From the NCBI GenBank assembly GCA_964016885.1, contig OZ024743.1, positions 292,206,001 through 292,270,000 on the forward strand: a DNA stretch of 64,000 nt. The letters run 5' to 3'. The notes under the pieces were generated by a model. That model was not told the DNA's origin. It was given only the letters and a program-made list of their open reading frames with translations, and did not search any database. Numbering within the stretch: position 1 is the stretch's first letter; each line of letters opens with the position of its first letter. The position numbers were made by a program, and so were the translations under genes. The stretch is from Eledone cirrhosa (lineage: Eukaryota). Positions 1 through 13,059 of the stretch are shown piece by piece.

Positions 1-343
1 CTTTCGTCACACATTCTGTGACCTCTTCAGTGACTGGGGATTCATTCTTTTCTTTGTTTTTGTGCCTCTCCTTTGTTCTGTCCTATGCCATCTTGTTTTT
101 CGTAGATGGCGTAGGACAGAACAAAGGAGAGGCACAAAAACAAAGAAAATAATCCCCAGTCACTGAAGAGGTCACAGAATGTGTGACGAAAGAACTTTGA
201 CAATATATGAACAATCGTCTGGAACCAACCAACCAACCGGAAATTTATAAATTCCTAAATTTATAAATTTAATTTATAATAAACTGAAGTGAAAGCATTT
301 GGTGCGTCTGTTTCTTATTGGCAACATGACCGTCCCAAAGTAT

Positions 344-345
<2 letters not shown>
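1..345. mobile_element. Palindromic HHR-bearing cassette (PLE pLTR/retrozyme-like), cut by the window edge, ending at (TA)n
   Basis: 1-93 is the near-perfect reverse complement of 104-192; the right arm contains an HHR motif and runs into (TA)n at ~347. Confidence 0.75.
159..201 (+). ncRNA. Minimal type I hammerhead ribozyme
   Basis: gtca-CTGAAGA-g-GTCACA gaatg TGTGAC-GAAA-g aa c-TT-tgac. Stem I gtca/tgac, 6-bp stem II with one extra G before it, predicted CUU site. Confidence 0.75.
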
Positions 346-396
<51 letters not shown>

Positions 397-580
397 TTAG
401 AGCAAACATCACGAGCGCTCTATCTCAAAATTATTTTTGAAAAGCATTAGAAATGCTCAACCGGTAAAATCTTGAAAATAAAACAGAATACCAACCAATA
501 CTTATTACTAATTTATACTTATTCCTAATTAAACTATGTTTCACTCGGAAAAATTTGTCAGCATTTTCTTTTCCTTTTTA

Positions 581-613
<33 letters not shown>

Positions 614-615
<2 letters not shown>

Positions 616-1238
616 GTATCCGAGTTTTTCGAATTCCATTCATTTGCAATTATGCTAACAAGCCTCAATTGTATACCCATGTCAGTAGAATGAACACTTC
701 ATTCTTGCTCTTGTGTTGGCATGCGAACAGAACTGCAGACACTAATGTTTTTGGGTATCACCCTTATCAGTACAGCTCACTGTTCACCTGCCAAACAGTG
801 AAAATATGTGCTATTTTCAAAAATACACAGTGACATATCGGCCTAATTTGTATATTAGCAGACTGGCTGATCAGTCAGATCTGCATTTTAACAGATCCAC
901 TGATCAGCCAGATTTGCATATCAGCTACTGGCCAGTCAGTTTCCTGTATACAGAGCGATAAATGACCGGCTTTGCCAAATTCAAATAAAAGAGAAAATTT
1001 CGCTCTACAAGGCTGAATACAATAAATGTAATCTGAGTTTTTCGAATATTAATAACATTCGATTCATTTGCAATTATGCAAACAAGCCTCAATTTTATAG
1101 CCATGTCAGTAGAATGAACACTTTATTTTTGCTCTTGTGTTGGCATGAGAACAGAACTGCAGGTGAACAGTGAGCTGTACTGATGAAGCGTGATACCCAG
1201 AAACATTAGTGTCTGCAGTTCTGTTCGCATGCCAACAC
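614..1238. mobile_element. Rearranged HHR cassette with direct and inverted duplications
   Basis: ~620-738 is repeated directly at ~1033-1162; ~712-792 is inverted at ~1159-1238. Starts at (TA)n. Confidence 0.65.
1175..1218 (+). ncRNA. Type I hammerhead ribozyme (stem II mismatch)
   Basis: ctgta-CTGATGA-a gcgt gat accc a-GAAA-ca ttag tg-TC-tgcag, GUC site. The inverse copy at ~734-777 has a perfect gggt/accc stem II but a mutated core. Confidence 0.7.
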
Positions 1239-1429
1239 ACGTCTTCACGAACCAAACTATCGTTTCCCTGTTTTCCTTCGGTTGCAACGTTTTTCGAAAT
1301 ATTTACTTCTGCGTTTTATGTTTTCATAATGTCGTAATGCAGACAGCCATACATACAGATATATATTATAATGATGCGACGTTATAGCTTTGTATCTATC
1401 TAAAAAGACAGACTAAGAAAGAGAGAGAG

Positions 1430-1603
1430 ATCGCTAACCGGCGCCTAATGCGGTCCCTAGTGCATTGAAAATTTGAAATAGCTTTTGCTCAAAACATTCA
1501 GAGGACCATAAGTATTACATGTGTAAAGTTTGAAAAAAGTCGGTTGGGTGGTTCTCGAGGTTTAGGGATACAGACAGACATTCTCAGTTTTAAATATATA
1601 GAT
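1430..1603 (+). mobile_element. Probable non-autonomous Helitron/Helentron-associated element 3' part
   Basis: tgtgtaaagtttgaaaaaagtcggttgggtggttctcgag...acagacagacattctcagttttaaatatatagat resembles ends of Lep1/HINE-type invertebrate repeats. Recognised from memory only. Confidence 0.35.
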
Positions 1604-1821
1604 TATATACTAAATTCATTTAACTTAAAAACGTCACAACAATAAAATATATATTTAATATATTTTAAAACTGTCATGATATCGGAAGAAACCGAGAGAC
1701 ATATGAAAGTGACTGTACATAGTAAACATTGCTAATGTCTGAACGCTACCATCCATACAACTATGCCAGCCTTAGTACACACCAGACAGACTAAAAAATA
1801 TGCACTAAAAATAGCAACAGT

Positions 1822-1953
1822 AAAAGATCATAGCAGTTAGTGCTTTCATATGCGTCTTAATATAATCCTTGCAACTGATGAGGCTCTTGAGCCTCATCAT
1901 TTTCAAGATTTATATTAAGACGCATATGAAAGTACTAACTGCTATGTTCTTTT
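1822..1953. repeat. ~65-bp-arm palindrome centred on a hammerhead stem II loop
   Basis: Arms are reverse complements around CTGATGA-GGCTC tt GAGCC-TCATCA. Confidence 0.75.
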
Positions 1954-2439
1954 GCAGTCAGCATTACGCACTGGACTATGAGCACCATCAAAACATAGAT
2001 CCCTATAGCAAACAACGCCACAAAAATCAATTTGTGTAGATTATGACACTGCTCACTACGCATGAATCAAAATACATAGTTTAGTTTCTCTCTAATTTTA
2101 AGAAATGATAATAAAATAGTGTTTGATTAACTACGCGCTATAATGTTGTTGAATGGCTGTACAACTTAGCAACATAAAAAAGAATTTATGTCAGAGAATT
2201 GACTTTCTGTGTATGGCTATTCTTTTTCAGAAACACCTGTCAAACAGATATTTTATTTCTCGGGTAAAGACGATAATACATAAATACCTGTCTGGAGTTT
2301 TATACGAATCCGTCTTATAGCTATGTCTAGATCACCGCACTGTTCATTACATCAGCGGTGGAAACAAGACTATACAATAGCCACGATGAAAAACGCTGAC
2401 CACTCACTGGAATGGTCTTCCAATTGCTCTACCTATCAT

Positions 2440-4130
2440 TGCAGCAACCATTTCGAAATGGGATGTCTACGTTTTGTAAGTTGTATATACTCGCAGCGTC
2501 CGAAATTATGGCCAAGGCATTAGAAACGAGGTTGGCGCTTGTCGTCAGGAGTCTTGTTGGAGACGCACAGACATGCGCCATTCCCAAGGGATCCATCATC
2601 CATAACAACGCTCACCTCATGCGATAACATCACGAAAAGGATAGCTAAGAACCTGGCACCGGTAGGGCTCCGTTCAATTTAGATCAATCGGAAGAATTCG
2701 ATAGGGTCGACCATCAATGACCAGCCGGCCGTCGTGAGGGCGGCGGGCTTTGGGCCAGTGTTCAGAGGGTGGGTTGCTTCTATACACAGGGACATCTACC
2801 CTGTAGTGAGAGTAAGAGTTCACCTTTCGGAACCAGTTACCATCATGCGCTCTGTCCGCCAAGGTTGTCCCTTTTACTCTATGTTGTATGTATCTGAATC
2901 ATCATAGCACAAACTAGAGATATTAAGAGGCATCCCGCATGAATGGGAGTGCGGGAGAACCGTGTTAGCTTATGCTGGCGACGTCACCGTATTGGTGTCG
3001 AACGCCACATATATCGAGGCAATTGGCACTACTCGAAGAGAATATAAGGCGGTGAAAGGAACAACGATTAACCAGGATAAGTCGTTGGGCCTGCAGTTTG
3101 GCCCTTGGAAATTCAGGTGCATGCCGTCCATAAGGGTCCTTAGGCGCTGGACGGACGGACCGGTTAAATTGCTAGGTGCGTGGGTTGGTCACAACCTCCA
3201 GATGGACATAAACTGCGACGAGGTGACGAACCGGTTGGCCTATCACACCTAGAAATGGGCAGAGAGAAAGTTATCCCTGAATGGTTGCATAGAGGTGGTG
3301 AACGCGTACATCGCATCCGTCATCTACTAACACCTAGTCGACGTGCCTTGTCCTAAGCCTAGTCTAACTACACTGAAGCATTTGCACTTTCACTTTTTGT
3401 GGAAGGGACGCATTCTGATGGTCAGGCAGCCAATCTGCAGTCAACACCCGCTAATTGGAGGACTGGGAATGCAGTGGCTGGTGATATGCAGACATGCGCT
3501 GAGACTACATCTCCATATTTTCCTAGACGGTGATCAGGCGTGGTCACTTTTCGCTAGACACGTTTTCCCCCAGCTCGTCCCCTAGACGGAGATGCAATCC
3601 TGGACCAAGCAGAAACCGAGAGGGAACGCTTGGTAACTGGTGTGTCTACAAGTACTCACTACCCTTTGCCTATCGGGCATTGTGATTGGTGGAAACTCAA
3701 CTTTGGTTTTCTATAGAGGGTTAGTGGAGGGTAAGCGTGATGACATCCTGCAGGAAACTCTGGGTCTCGACGAAAGCCATTTAACAATTATCGTATTGAG
3801 GTCTTTCGCTCAAAGGCCAATGGATACATTTCTGAAATCTCTGGCCTGGCAGAGGTACAGGCATGGAAGCGCCGTCAGCCGGGCTAGTTCTAGATGCTCG
3901 TGGGGTGACGAGACCGTCCTGCACGCACACGTCGTGTCCGAGTATCGCTGATTTGTGGATTTATGTTGAACATCTGCTTTCTCATGTAGAACTGTCCAAT
4001 TATCAACTAAATCCAGCATGAAGATTGCTCCCCCCCCCCCGCCATCCTTTAACAATGAAGGGCAGGCAGTTTTTATCGGCCATAGTGAAAGATGTCGTAC
4101 GGTGGACGCGTCTGGGTGGAGAGGGAGGTG
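2440..4130 (+). pseudogene. Degenerate L1/Tx1-clade LINE reverse transcriptase region
   Basis: Fragments IMAKALETRLALVV..LVGDAQTCAIP, an LDQS-EFDRVDH-like motif, vRQGCP, LAYAGDVTV (YADD-like), FHFLWKG and GGLGM; many stops and frameshifts. Confidence 0.85.
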
Positions 4131-4689
4131 TTGTTTTACAGGCAGTTTGTTGAAAGGTGGGTGTGAATTAAGTTGTTTTATTCATGTAAATGTTTTATAT
4201 ACATAGAAATTGTTTTCGTCTATTTACATTGTGTTGGCAATAAATCTATACACATGTTGCTGTTCCGATGACAACTGTACGAATTCGTTGATTAATGGAC
4301 ACCCTTCTTGTATACATCACTCGTAATAACGGTAGATACGGCAGATACCACAGATGTCTGCACCTTCAACGCAATCCTCGGTGGTTTTATCGTGTCAGTC
4401 TTTGACAAGACTAGTCTTCGGAAATGAGATTAAAACTATTTTTTGTCAGCTAAGTAAATTGGAAAGCAATAAAGGTTTTACTGAAAGAAAAAAAGTCATT
4501 GAACATTGAACTATCAACCTTATAAATGTGAGACGAACACCCTAACTACTAAGTTACACGCGTTCATATCGATATTTATGCTGTAATACAGCATAGCATA
4601 GCAGAAAATCTGTCTAAATGCGCCTGAATTTATTAATTGATCCAGTTCCTAAGAATGTATTAAATTTGCAAATTAATATAAAAGTGTAC

Positions 4690-4735
4690 CTGACTGAGGC
4701 AATTGACATTTGGTCGGATAGTCTCTCCCAAATGC
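4690..4735 (-). other. Candidate host exon (46 nt)
   Basis: cattttAG|GCATTTGG...CAGTCAG|GTacac; open in all frames. Confidence 0.3.
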
Positions 4736-4902
4736 CTAAAATGTTTACAAGTAACCAATAACTGAGCATTAAGTCACACACCCAGGATTCTATCCTCATT
4801 CCAGTCACACACCCAGGAGTCTATCCTCATGCCACATACCACATGCAAATCTGTCCCAATACCAAGGCATCTGTCCTCCTTCACGGCCACAAGCCTATCA
4901 GG

Positions 4903-5058
4903 CCTACGCTTATCCTGGTTTAATTGACATTAATCTACTGAGAGTATACGTCCTTATTCTGGATTAATCCCCTAGTAGAGCCCATGCTTATCCTGGTTTA
5001 ATTGACATTAATCTACTGAGAATACACATCCCTCTTCTGGATTAATCCCCTAGTAGAG
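4903..5058 (+). repeat. Tandem duplication, 2 x ~78 bp
   Basis: gcttatcctggtttaattgacattaatctactgaga...ggattaatcccctagtagag occurs twice in succession. Confidence 0.85.
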
Positions 5059-5065
5059 TAATATT

Positions 5066-5419
5066 CGGACCATATTGAACATTTCATGGAGAGACCAAGT
5101 TAGCAATGAGGAAGTGATGAAGAGGTCAGGATTGGAGAGGTTAAGTGACGTTGTCCGGAAGAGGAGACGGCGGTTCGCGGGTCACATCCTTCGTTTGCCG
5201 GCAGATCGACCTGCTCATATTGCCATGGATTGGGTACCAGAAGCTGGCAGGAGAGAACGGGGAAGGCCACAAAAAACATGGCGGAGCACATTCAGGGAGG
5301 CCCTGCGGGAGATGGGAATTACCTGGAGAGGTGCTAGAAGGGCCGCCAGTGACAGGATCAAGCGGAGGAAGCTCGGCGCCCAATGTTCCGCAAGGAACTG
5401 GAGGAACTAAGACTAAGAA
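5066..5419 (+). mobile_element. 5'-truncated RTE-clade LINE (3' end) with TSD
   Basis: ORF end ISWRDQVSNEEV..RRRRFAGHILR...RERGRPQKTW, short actaag tail, TSD agagtaat(a/g)tt at 5055-5065 and 5420-5430. Confidence 0.85.
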
Positions 5420-5910
5420 AGAGTAATGTTAAATGAAATGTGTTGTTGGAGGAGACAACGCCCGCCCTATCCTGTAACTGAACGGAGAAACACCTCTTTG
5501 TTCTCTTTCACACAGATACACAACTTCACTACAAAACCTGAGCAATCAACTAACTACCCATCCAGCTAACAAGCACGCCTACAATTCACAACATATCAAC
5601 AACAGATCATCACAAGAATCTCTACAACCCTCGAACAAAGAAAATATACTAACTCCTATTAAAATAAGTAAACAGCATCTACATACTTTGGAAAAAACCT
5701 TAATTTGTTATTACTGTAATCGAAAGTCACAAATATTCACTCGGTTTGAAGAATCACTACATAAAACTACATATCAGTGGAATATATTCTTGCCAAAATC
5801 CGAAATATATATTACTCCACACACAGCGTTGAGATCTCCAGTTCTTTGTGGTTTGCGCAAAGAATACTCAAACTATTATGGACATGTGTTTGTGCGTGTG
5901 AAGAGTATTA

Positions 5911-6007
<97 letters not shown>

Positions 6008-6294
6008 TAGATAGATAGATATGTATATATATGTGTGTGTGTGGGCTGATGCATATGTATATGTATTATTCTTGCCTACTTCACTTATCTCACTCTCAAA
6101 TGTACTTAATGAACAAGAAACCAAAATGGATGCATTAACACTATAGAATTTTCTCGCATACATATTCACCTATACATACCTATGTATGGGTGGGTGTGCA
6201 CGCAAACACAAACACACACAGACTCATACATACACACATGTATATATATATGTATAAATATATATATACATATATACATATATATATGTGTATA

Positions 6295-6384
<90 letters not shown>

Positions 6385-6392
6385 TATTATAT

Positions 6393-6455
<63 letters not shown>

Positions 6456-6500
6456 TACATATACATATAGATATAGATATATATATACATATACATATAC

Positions 6501-6629
<129 letters not shown>

Positions 6630-7205
6630 CACTATAATTGTATTTCACACACTTCCTTTCTTTCCATTTCTTACCATTTCAGTGAAATATCGTTAGTGAA
6701 ATAAAATTAAGCTTTCACACGTAATTCTGCTTTCTCCAACATTCACTGTTTTGTCATTTAAGCTCTGCTTACAATAGCTAATGAAGAGGCACTAGACACT
6801 AGCATACATTGTAAAGATTCAGCATTTTTTTTACAAGAATCTCCGATAATGTAATTACAGTTAACATAGTATGTGACTAATTATGTACCGAATCCAACGT
6901 CATCTCTGCTGCTCTCATAAGAGATATTCTCATTATCTTAATACTTAAAAGTGAATGTATCTATGAATGTATGCATAATCCGTGTTCTGCTCGATAATTT
7001 TTGCATAAAAAGCATTTCATTTCCCGCTAAAGGTCATGTCCTGTGCTCTCTAAATGATATATATATATATATATATAGGGGTATATATATATATACATGG
7101 GGGTGTATACGTGTATATATATATATATTATATTATTGAATACTGTTGGCTTCTTGCTACAATACTTTCTATACCTTTCATTTATATATATATATATATA
7201 TATAG

Positions 7206-10200
7206 GAGGAAGTTATAGTTTACTTGAAGCATTGTGTAATGAGGTATAAACGTTTGTATATGTATAATAAAGTCAAAACAATGCAGGTATGGACATAGAA
7301 TAAAGAATACAAATGCAACAGATATTGTTGACATTAGTCTTTTACCTTAGATTTTTTTAAATATCTCTTCCTCGGAGGGAAGTAAAGCGGTTAAACCAGT
7401 GTTCTAAATAGCTTGCCAAGTCATGCTGACAGGAAATGGTATAGAGTATCTGTTCTATCTCTAATGTCAAAGAGTTAAGGTTAGGTGGATAAAGAGTAGT
7501 CTCCCTTTAAAAGGATTTTTTGTACATGCCTGTTTAAGTGTGTGGGAGAATGTGTGATGTGTAAGTATGTGTGTGCGTATGTGTGTGTGAGTGTGATAAG
7601 ATATGTATATACGTAAATGTGGGGGATAGATGTTATCGCGTGTTAGAACTGGTCTTTGTGTGCGTATGTGTGTGTGTGAGAGAGAATAAGTGGAGGTGTA
7701 AGCGTGTGTGTGTGTGCGTATGTGTGTGTGTGTGTGCGCGTGTGTGTGTGCGTGTGTGTGTTGGGGGTGTAAATATGGGACTAGATGCTATATCAAGTTA
7801 TAAATTGCGTGTTGAGTTCTAGTCTATTATTGATTGGTGGTTGTGTTTTGTCTATAATTAGTGGTTCCTTAATTCTAAGATTGCCGAGGTTTCTTTCCTT
7901 AGTTTCTATCCTAACTGTTATGGTTTTGTCGGTGTTTTTGCATATAACTAGGTGTTTCTTAAATGAGGAAGCGTTAGTATTGAGGTGTTCTGTTATTCTT
8001 ATGTGGAGTGGTTTGATGGTGCTACCTACGTAGAGGTTGTTGCATTTGTCACACTCTAGTCTGTATACGACGTAAGCCTGGTGGCATAGGTCTGTGTCGT
8101 TGATGGGGCAGTTGGCTATTCTGCAGCAGTTGTCATGTCTGGTGGAGTGTCATTTGGTTAGCTGTCCGCGTAGAGAAGGACCTGAGTGAGCCAGTTGGAT
8201 ATCTAGTCCCTCTCGTCTGATAGCTCTGCGGATGGCTGTTGTTGTTTCGTCACTGAAGTGTGGGAGCTTCAGGAAGCAAGTATTAGTGCCTCGGGTGTGG
8301 TGTCCTCTGTTCTTTCTGGCACGGTTTGTGGTGGATGTCGTGTATCCGTTCAGTTTAAGTACTTCCAGGAAATGTGTGGTGTGTGTGTCTCGGTCGCTAG
8401 CGTCAGTGCATTTGTTCCGGATACGTGCCAGTTCGTTCCTTATGTATCCGAACTTAGCGCTGGCTGGGAGGGCCGATCTGAAATGTACGAACAGGTCCCT
8501 GCTGGCGGCTTTTTTATAGAAGCAAGTGTGGATGTTGCCTTCCTCTGTTACCCTGAGTTGGAAGTCCAGTAGAGATAGGGATCCGCGGTCATCGGGGTGT
8601 TCCATGCTGAACTTTATACTGGCGTCCATGCTGGAGAATGTTGTATATATTTTATCCGCCTCCTCACAGGATGATGTAAGGATGAGTATGTCATCCACAT
8701 ATCGGATGAAGAAGGTAGGGGAATGGCAGGTGTTGAGGGCTCTGCATTCTAGCTGGTTCATATAGGTGATGGCCAGCAGGCCCGACAGGCTGGATCCCAT
8801 GGGTAATCCTGTTGTCTGTCTGTATGTGTGGTAGTGGAAGGTGAAGTACGTGTTGTCCACTGTGAAGGACAAAAGCTGGTGTATGTCCGTCGGAAGGAAG
8901 CCGTAGCATTTAATGTCCTCTGCGACCACGCACTCCGTCAATAAATCGACAGCTGGATGAGCGGGGACTGTAGTGTAGAGGGAGACAACGTCGAGGCTAA
9001 AGGCGTATCTATTTAGTTTAAGTTGTTCTGGCTGGAATTGGTGTAGTCTACGTATGACTTAGTCGGAGCTACTGACGTGCCCGGGAAAGGTGGAGAGTAG
9101 AGGCTTGAGGACCTGGGAGAGGAGCCAGGAAATTTTGTATAGGGGTCCTTCTATCCTAGAGACGATGGGTCTTATTTGTGTCTTAGTACTATTCTTGTGG
9201 GTCTTGATGAGGTGGTAGAAAGTGGGCAGTCTGCTATTTCTAGTGGTGTAGTTCAGCTTAACTTTATGTGGAAGTTGTTTTCTCTTACAGATGGCGAACC
9301 AGATGGAGTTGGTCTGTTTTTCGATCTGGGCTGCAGTCATGTCCGGGATCTTTGTATATAGTTCATTGTCGCTTAGGTGTTCAAAGGCTAGGTTGTTGTA
9401 TGTGGCTTGAGAGATGACGCAAAACACTTTACCTTTGTCGGATGGCAAGTATATAAGTTCCCTATTCCGTAGGTTCTACAGGACGGGTTGTTGTGTCCTG
9501 GAGAGGTTTGGGGCTATCTTCTTCTGTTTCCATAAGATGTTAAATACGGAATGTTTTAGCCTCGAGAGTTTTTCTTCAAGCTCGCGGTTGGCAGGCGGTG
9601 GACAGAATGGGCGATCCAGTTGGTATATCGGGAATATGGGTTTGTTGGGTTCCGTGGTGTTGTTGCCAAGAGTCGATATCCATTTTAGTTGGTAGGCAGC
9701 CCGACAGAAATTCGTTTCTATGTCGAGCCATAATTTGTCATCCAGTCTCTGTTTCAATATGAACTTGGGACCCGAGCTGAGGAGGCCTAATTCCTCTCGG
9801 CAGAGGGATCCTGTCAAGTCTGTAACGAGGTGTTTTTTGTCAGGTGTGTTGTTGGTTGGGGCGCCGCTAGGTTCGGTGTTAGTACCGTCTTGTTCGCCTC
9901 TGTTGGTGCTTAGAGTTGGGATGTTGTTAAGACGGTTAGCCGTGCTGAGTTTGAGAAATGTTTGCGTTAGTCGTATTTTCTCGTAGTCTCGGCGATGGTG
10001 GTATGACCTGTCTATAGCGGTGGAGATAATTCTGGACAGAAGTCCTGGGGTTTCAGCGAGTTGTGGTACAAGGCTGGAAATAGTCCGTATGTGTTGTAGC
10101 GTGCGGTGTAGGTGTTGTATGAGTTTTCTTAGGCAGAATTTTTGTATGTAGCTAAGTGATCGTTTGAGGCCTGGTGATTTGAAACATGTTGGTAGGTGCA

Positions 10201-10596
10201 AGTAAGTTTTTGATAGTGGTGGGGATGATGTTGTTATTCAGGCATCGTTTTAGGAAGTTTATTTGGCAGCCGGTTTTGGCGCGCTCTTCAGGTAGCTGTT
10301 CTATCTCTTTGACATTAGAGATTGAACAGATACTCTATACGATTTCCTGTCAGCATGACTTGGCAAACTATTTAGAACACTGGTTTAACCACTTTACTTC
10401 CCTCCGAAGAAGAGATATTATCTAGAAAATTAAGGACATTTTAATAAATCTAAGGTAAAAGACTAATTGTCAACAATATCTTTTGCATTTGCATTCTTTA
10501 TTCTATGACCATACCTGCATTGTTTTGGCTTTATTATACATATACAAACGTTTATACCTCATTACACACTGCTTCAAGTGAACTATAACTTCCTCA
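7206..10596 (-). mobile_element. Penelope-like element (Nematis-like) with inverted pseudo-LTRs, inserted in (TA)n
   Basis: 7206-7474 is the reverse complement of ~10305-10596; RT + GIY-YIG ORF between them; (TA)n on both sides. Confidence 0.9.
7793..10310 (-). pseudogene. Disrupted PLE ORF: N-terminal domain, RT and GIY-YIG endonuclease
   Basis: INFLKRC..IIP, LLSSGPKF, FYHLIKTHK..IRPIVS, SLDVVSLYT, GLPMGSSLS, RYVDD. Past the TGA at 8150 it reads CRIANCP...VVYRLECDKCNNLYVGST...RITEH. Confidence 0.9.
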
Positions 10597-10601
10597 TATA
10601 T

Positions 10602-10677
<76 letters not shown>

Positions 10678-10680
<3 letters not shown>

Positions 10681-10872
10681 AACGAGTAGGACCCCGACGG
10701 CTGAGCTCAAGCCGATTCTGGACTAAAAAAAAAAGTCCAGAAGTAGCCGTCAAAACGGCTTGAGCTCAACCGTCGGGGTCCTACTCGTTCCTATTACCCA
10801 CTCTACTACCCTAAGTATTGAGTAATTTGGTGCGTTATGGTCCACCTGGTTCCTTACCACATTTCCTTCGTT
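10678..10872. mobile_element. Short palindromic-head cassette in (TA)n, family A copy 1
   Basis: taggaacgagtaggaccccgacgg...ccgtcggggtcctactcgttccta palindrome plus tail; homologous to 33570-33768. Confidence 0.75.
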
Positions 10873-10919
10873 ATATATATATACAGTATATATATTTCTT
10901 TTTTTTTATTGATACATAC

Positions 10920-10960
10920 CTTGAACCATCTCCTGAACTTCGTGGATGTAAGAACTCTAC
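10920..10960 (-). other. Candidate host exon (41 nt)
   Basis: ttttgttcAG|GTAGAG...TTCAAG|GTATGT; reads VEFLHPRSSGDGS or GRVLTSTKFRRWFK. Confidence 0.45.
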
Positions 10961-11462
10961 CTGAACAAAATTGTGTTCATTGTCGGAACAATTTTAGCGT
11001 TTTTAAGTAATTTATAGAAAATATAGTGGATCTATATTATTTCATTTATTTTATCTTATGTTTATGACTCAAACAATGGCATGTCTTGCTATTTGTAGCA
11101 TTGAAGTACCTTATATGTACAATTAACCAAGAAATGAATCTTGCTGTAAAAAGAAATATAAAGATCAGAGGTTTTAGTATGGTTCAATCATGTTATATGT
11201 GGGAGAGACTGTTAGACAGAATATTCATTCAGGTGTGATTTTATCATCACTGAAACGCATCACACGAACAATATAGAACATTATAATCGTCTGTCAAAAT
11301 ATATCTTTTCAAATAGCTCAGAGAAGAACTTAGATTGGTAGGTTATGATGTGAGACATTCTGAATATATGGCCTTAAGGTTAGTATTACACCAGCCAGCA
11401 TATGTGGGGGGGGGGGGGGGGGAAATAACCGATGGAGAAAATCATTAACTTTATTAACATAC

Positions 11463-11608
11463 TTCATGAAATCACCGGGTTGAAGACTATACAGGACATT
11501 CGGTGATGGCTGGTCAACGCGGCTAAAATAGGCATGCTTTCTAGGTTCGATCAGAAAACCAGACAATATGAGAATAATTAAAATGTATGCTGCATCAATA
11601 TTTATAAC
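11463..11608 (-). other. Candidate host exon (146 nt)
   Basis: atttcatcAG|GTTATA...CATGAA|GTATGT; one open frame, VINIDAAYIL...RVDQPSPNVLYSLQPGDFM. Confidence 0.4.
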
Positions 11609-12379
11609 CTGATGAAATACAGTATAACATTATTCGTGAGCCGTAAAATTTCATGAGTTCTCTTGGACAGTTCTGCAAGAAATGCTGGTTATTCTGTAGA
11701 GTTTTTTCATGTCATATTTATTTTTGTATATATGGTATGATCTTTACAATTTGAAGGGTTTATTTTCGAATGAAAGTAAATCCTTCACGAATATTGCGAC
11801 GATACATTTGGCTTTACGCTACAAAAAGGTAATTGAAACCACCGACTCATCACAAGTAGTACACGTATGATACTTATGATAGTTATTTTTTCTTAATATG
11901 GAAAAAATTCCCAGCTTGATTTTCGTTTCAATGTGCTTCCAGAAATGGAAAGAGTATAGATGACTCACGCAAGATTGTAAAGGAGAAGCTTAGGGAAAAA
12001 AAAGAAAGAAAGAAATAAAGAGCAATTCGATTGTTCGATTTTGTTTTGAATCTTTTCTGTTTCACATTTAGAAAGACGGTAATAGACTTGAAATATATTG
12101 AAATACACTGGGTTTCAAGATATTTCACCTTTATTTGTTATCCTTTATCTTTTAAATATTTCCACCGCATTGTAGCTTTTTTTCGAAATATATCAGATAT
12201 TTTATATATATCTCACAATACTTTGTATTAACTATAGTACTTTAAACATTAATTACTAGGTTCTTCTACATTATGAACTACAGCTAAGTATTGTAGAATA
12301 AAACTGTTTTGTATAATAAGATTTGGTGTCTTTCATGCCTTCTAATGTACTCTCATGTGTAAATCATGTTCAAATTTAC

Positions 12380-12528
12380 CTTTGCCTTTTTCACAATGCT
12401 GGCGTTGATTTCAGCAACCTCAACATGAATTTAATCACTTTTGATGTTGCTGACGAGATTTCATCTCCACTATGAGCCGTTGCATCACACCATCCTCTCC
12501 CATCATACTCTGTCTGCTAAGAATTCCT
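12380..12528 (-). other. Candidate host exon (149 nt), no fully open frame
   Basis: gtcttcAG|AGGAAT...GCAAAG|GTAAAT; coding-like composition, but a frame change is needed in the A-runs near 12430-12442. Confidence 0.35.
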
Positions 12529-12774
12529 CTGAAGACACTGAACGTTTTGCTTAATTGGTCATTGACATTTAAATGTTAAATTCAACATCAAGTCTATTAG
12601 ACTTAACAACTTATACGTGTCCTGCCGTGTAACATGATATGGAAATCTTATAGGACATCTTCTTTACAAAACTAAATTTGAAGGAAAATTGAAAATAGAC
12701 ATTATTCTAAATCTTATATTATGCCATCAAAATAGTAACTTATTATATAGGCCATCTCTCTCACTTTCTCTTAC

Positions 12775-12961
<187 letters not shown>

Positions 12962-13059
12962 TGTGTTTGTGTGTAAAAATATCCGAAGGTGTGAAAAAAG
13001 TAAAAAGCCAAACAGTGCTCAGTCGGAAAGAGAGGTGATATATTATATTTATTTATGCT

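Noticed and set aside
432-470. Possible decayed HHR tTGAAAA-gcatt aga aatgc-tcaa-ccgg-TA
   Set aside because: Both core boxes are mutated; too weak to call.
6776-6906. Possible decayed long-stem-II HHR (ATGAAGA...GAAT-ccaacg-TC)
   Set aside because: Both boxes are mutated and stem I is unconvincing; mentioned only as a possibility.
8150-8152. In-frame TGA as selenocysteine readthrough (reported for some Naiads)
   Set aside because: It sits in a basic linker rather than a Cys position, the copy has other disruptions, and a CGA-to-TGA change is simpler. No TGA at Cys positions was noticed in the Naiad-type fragments.
11609-11660. CTGATGA as a hammerhead core (also CTGAAGA at 12529 and CTGATGA at 18549)
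   Set aside because: No GAAA plus stem III and UH downstream; the first two coincide with candidate minus-strand splice acceptors.
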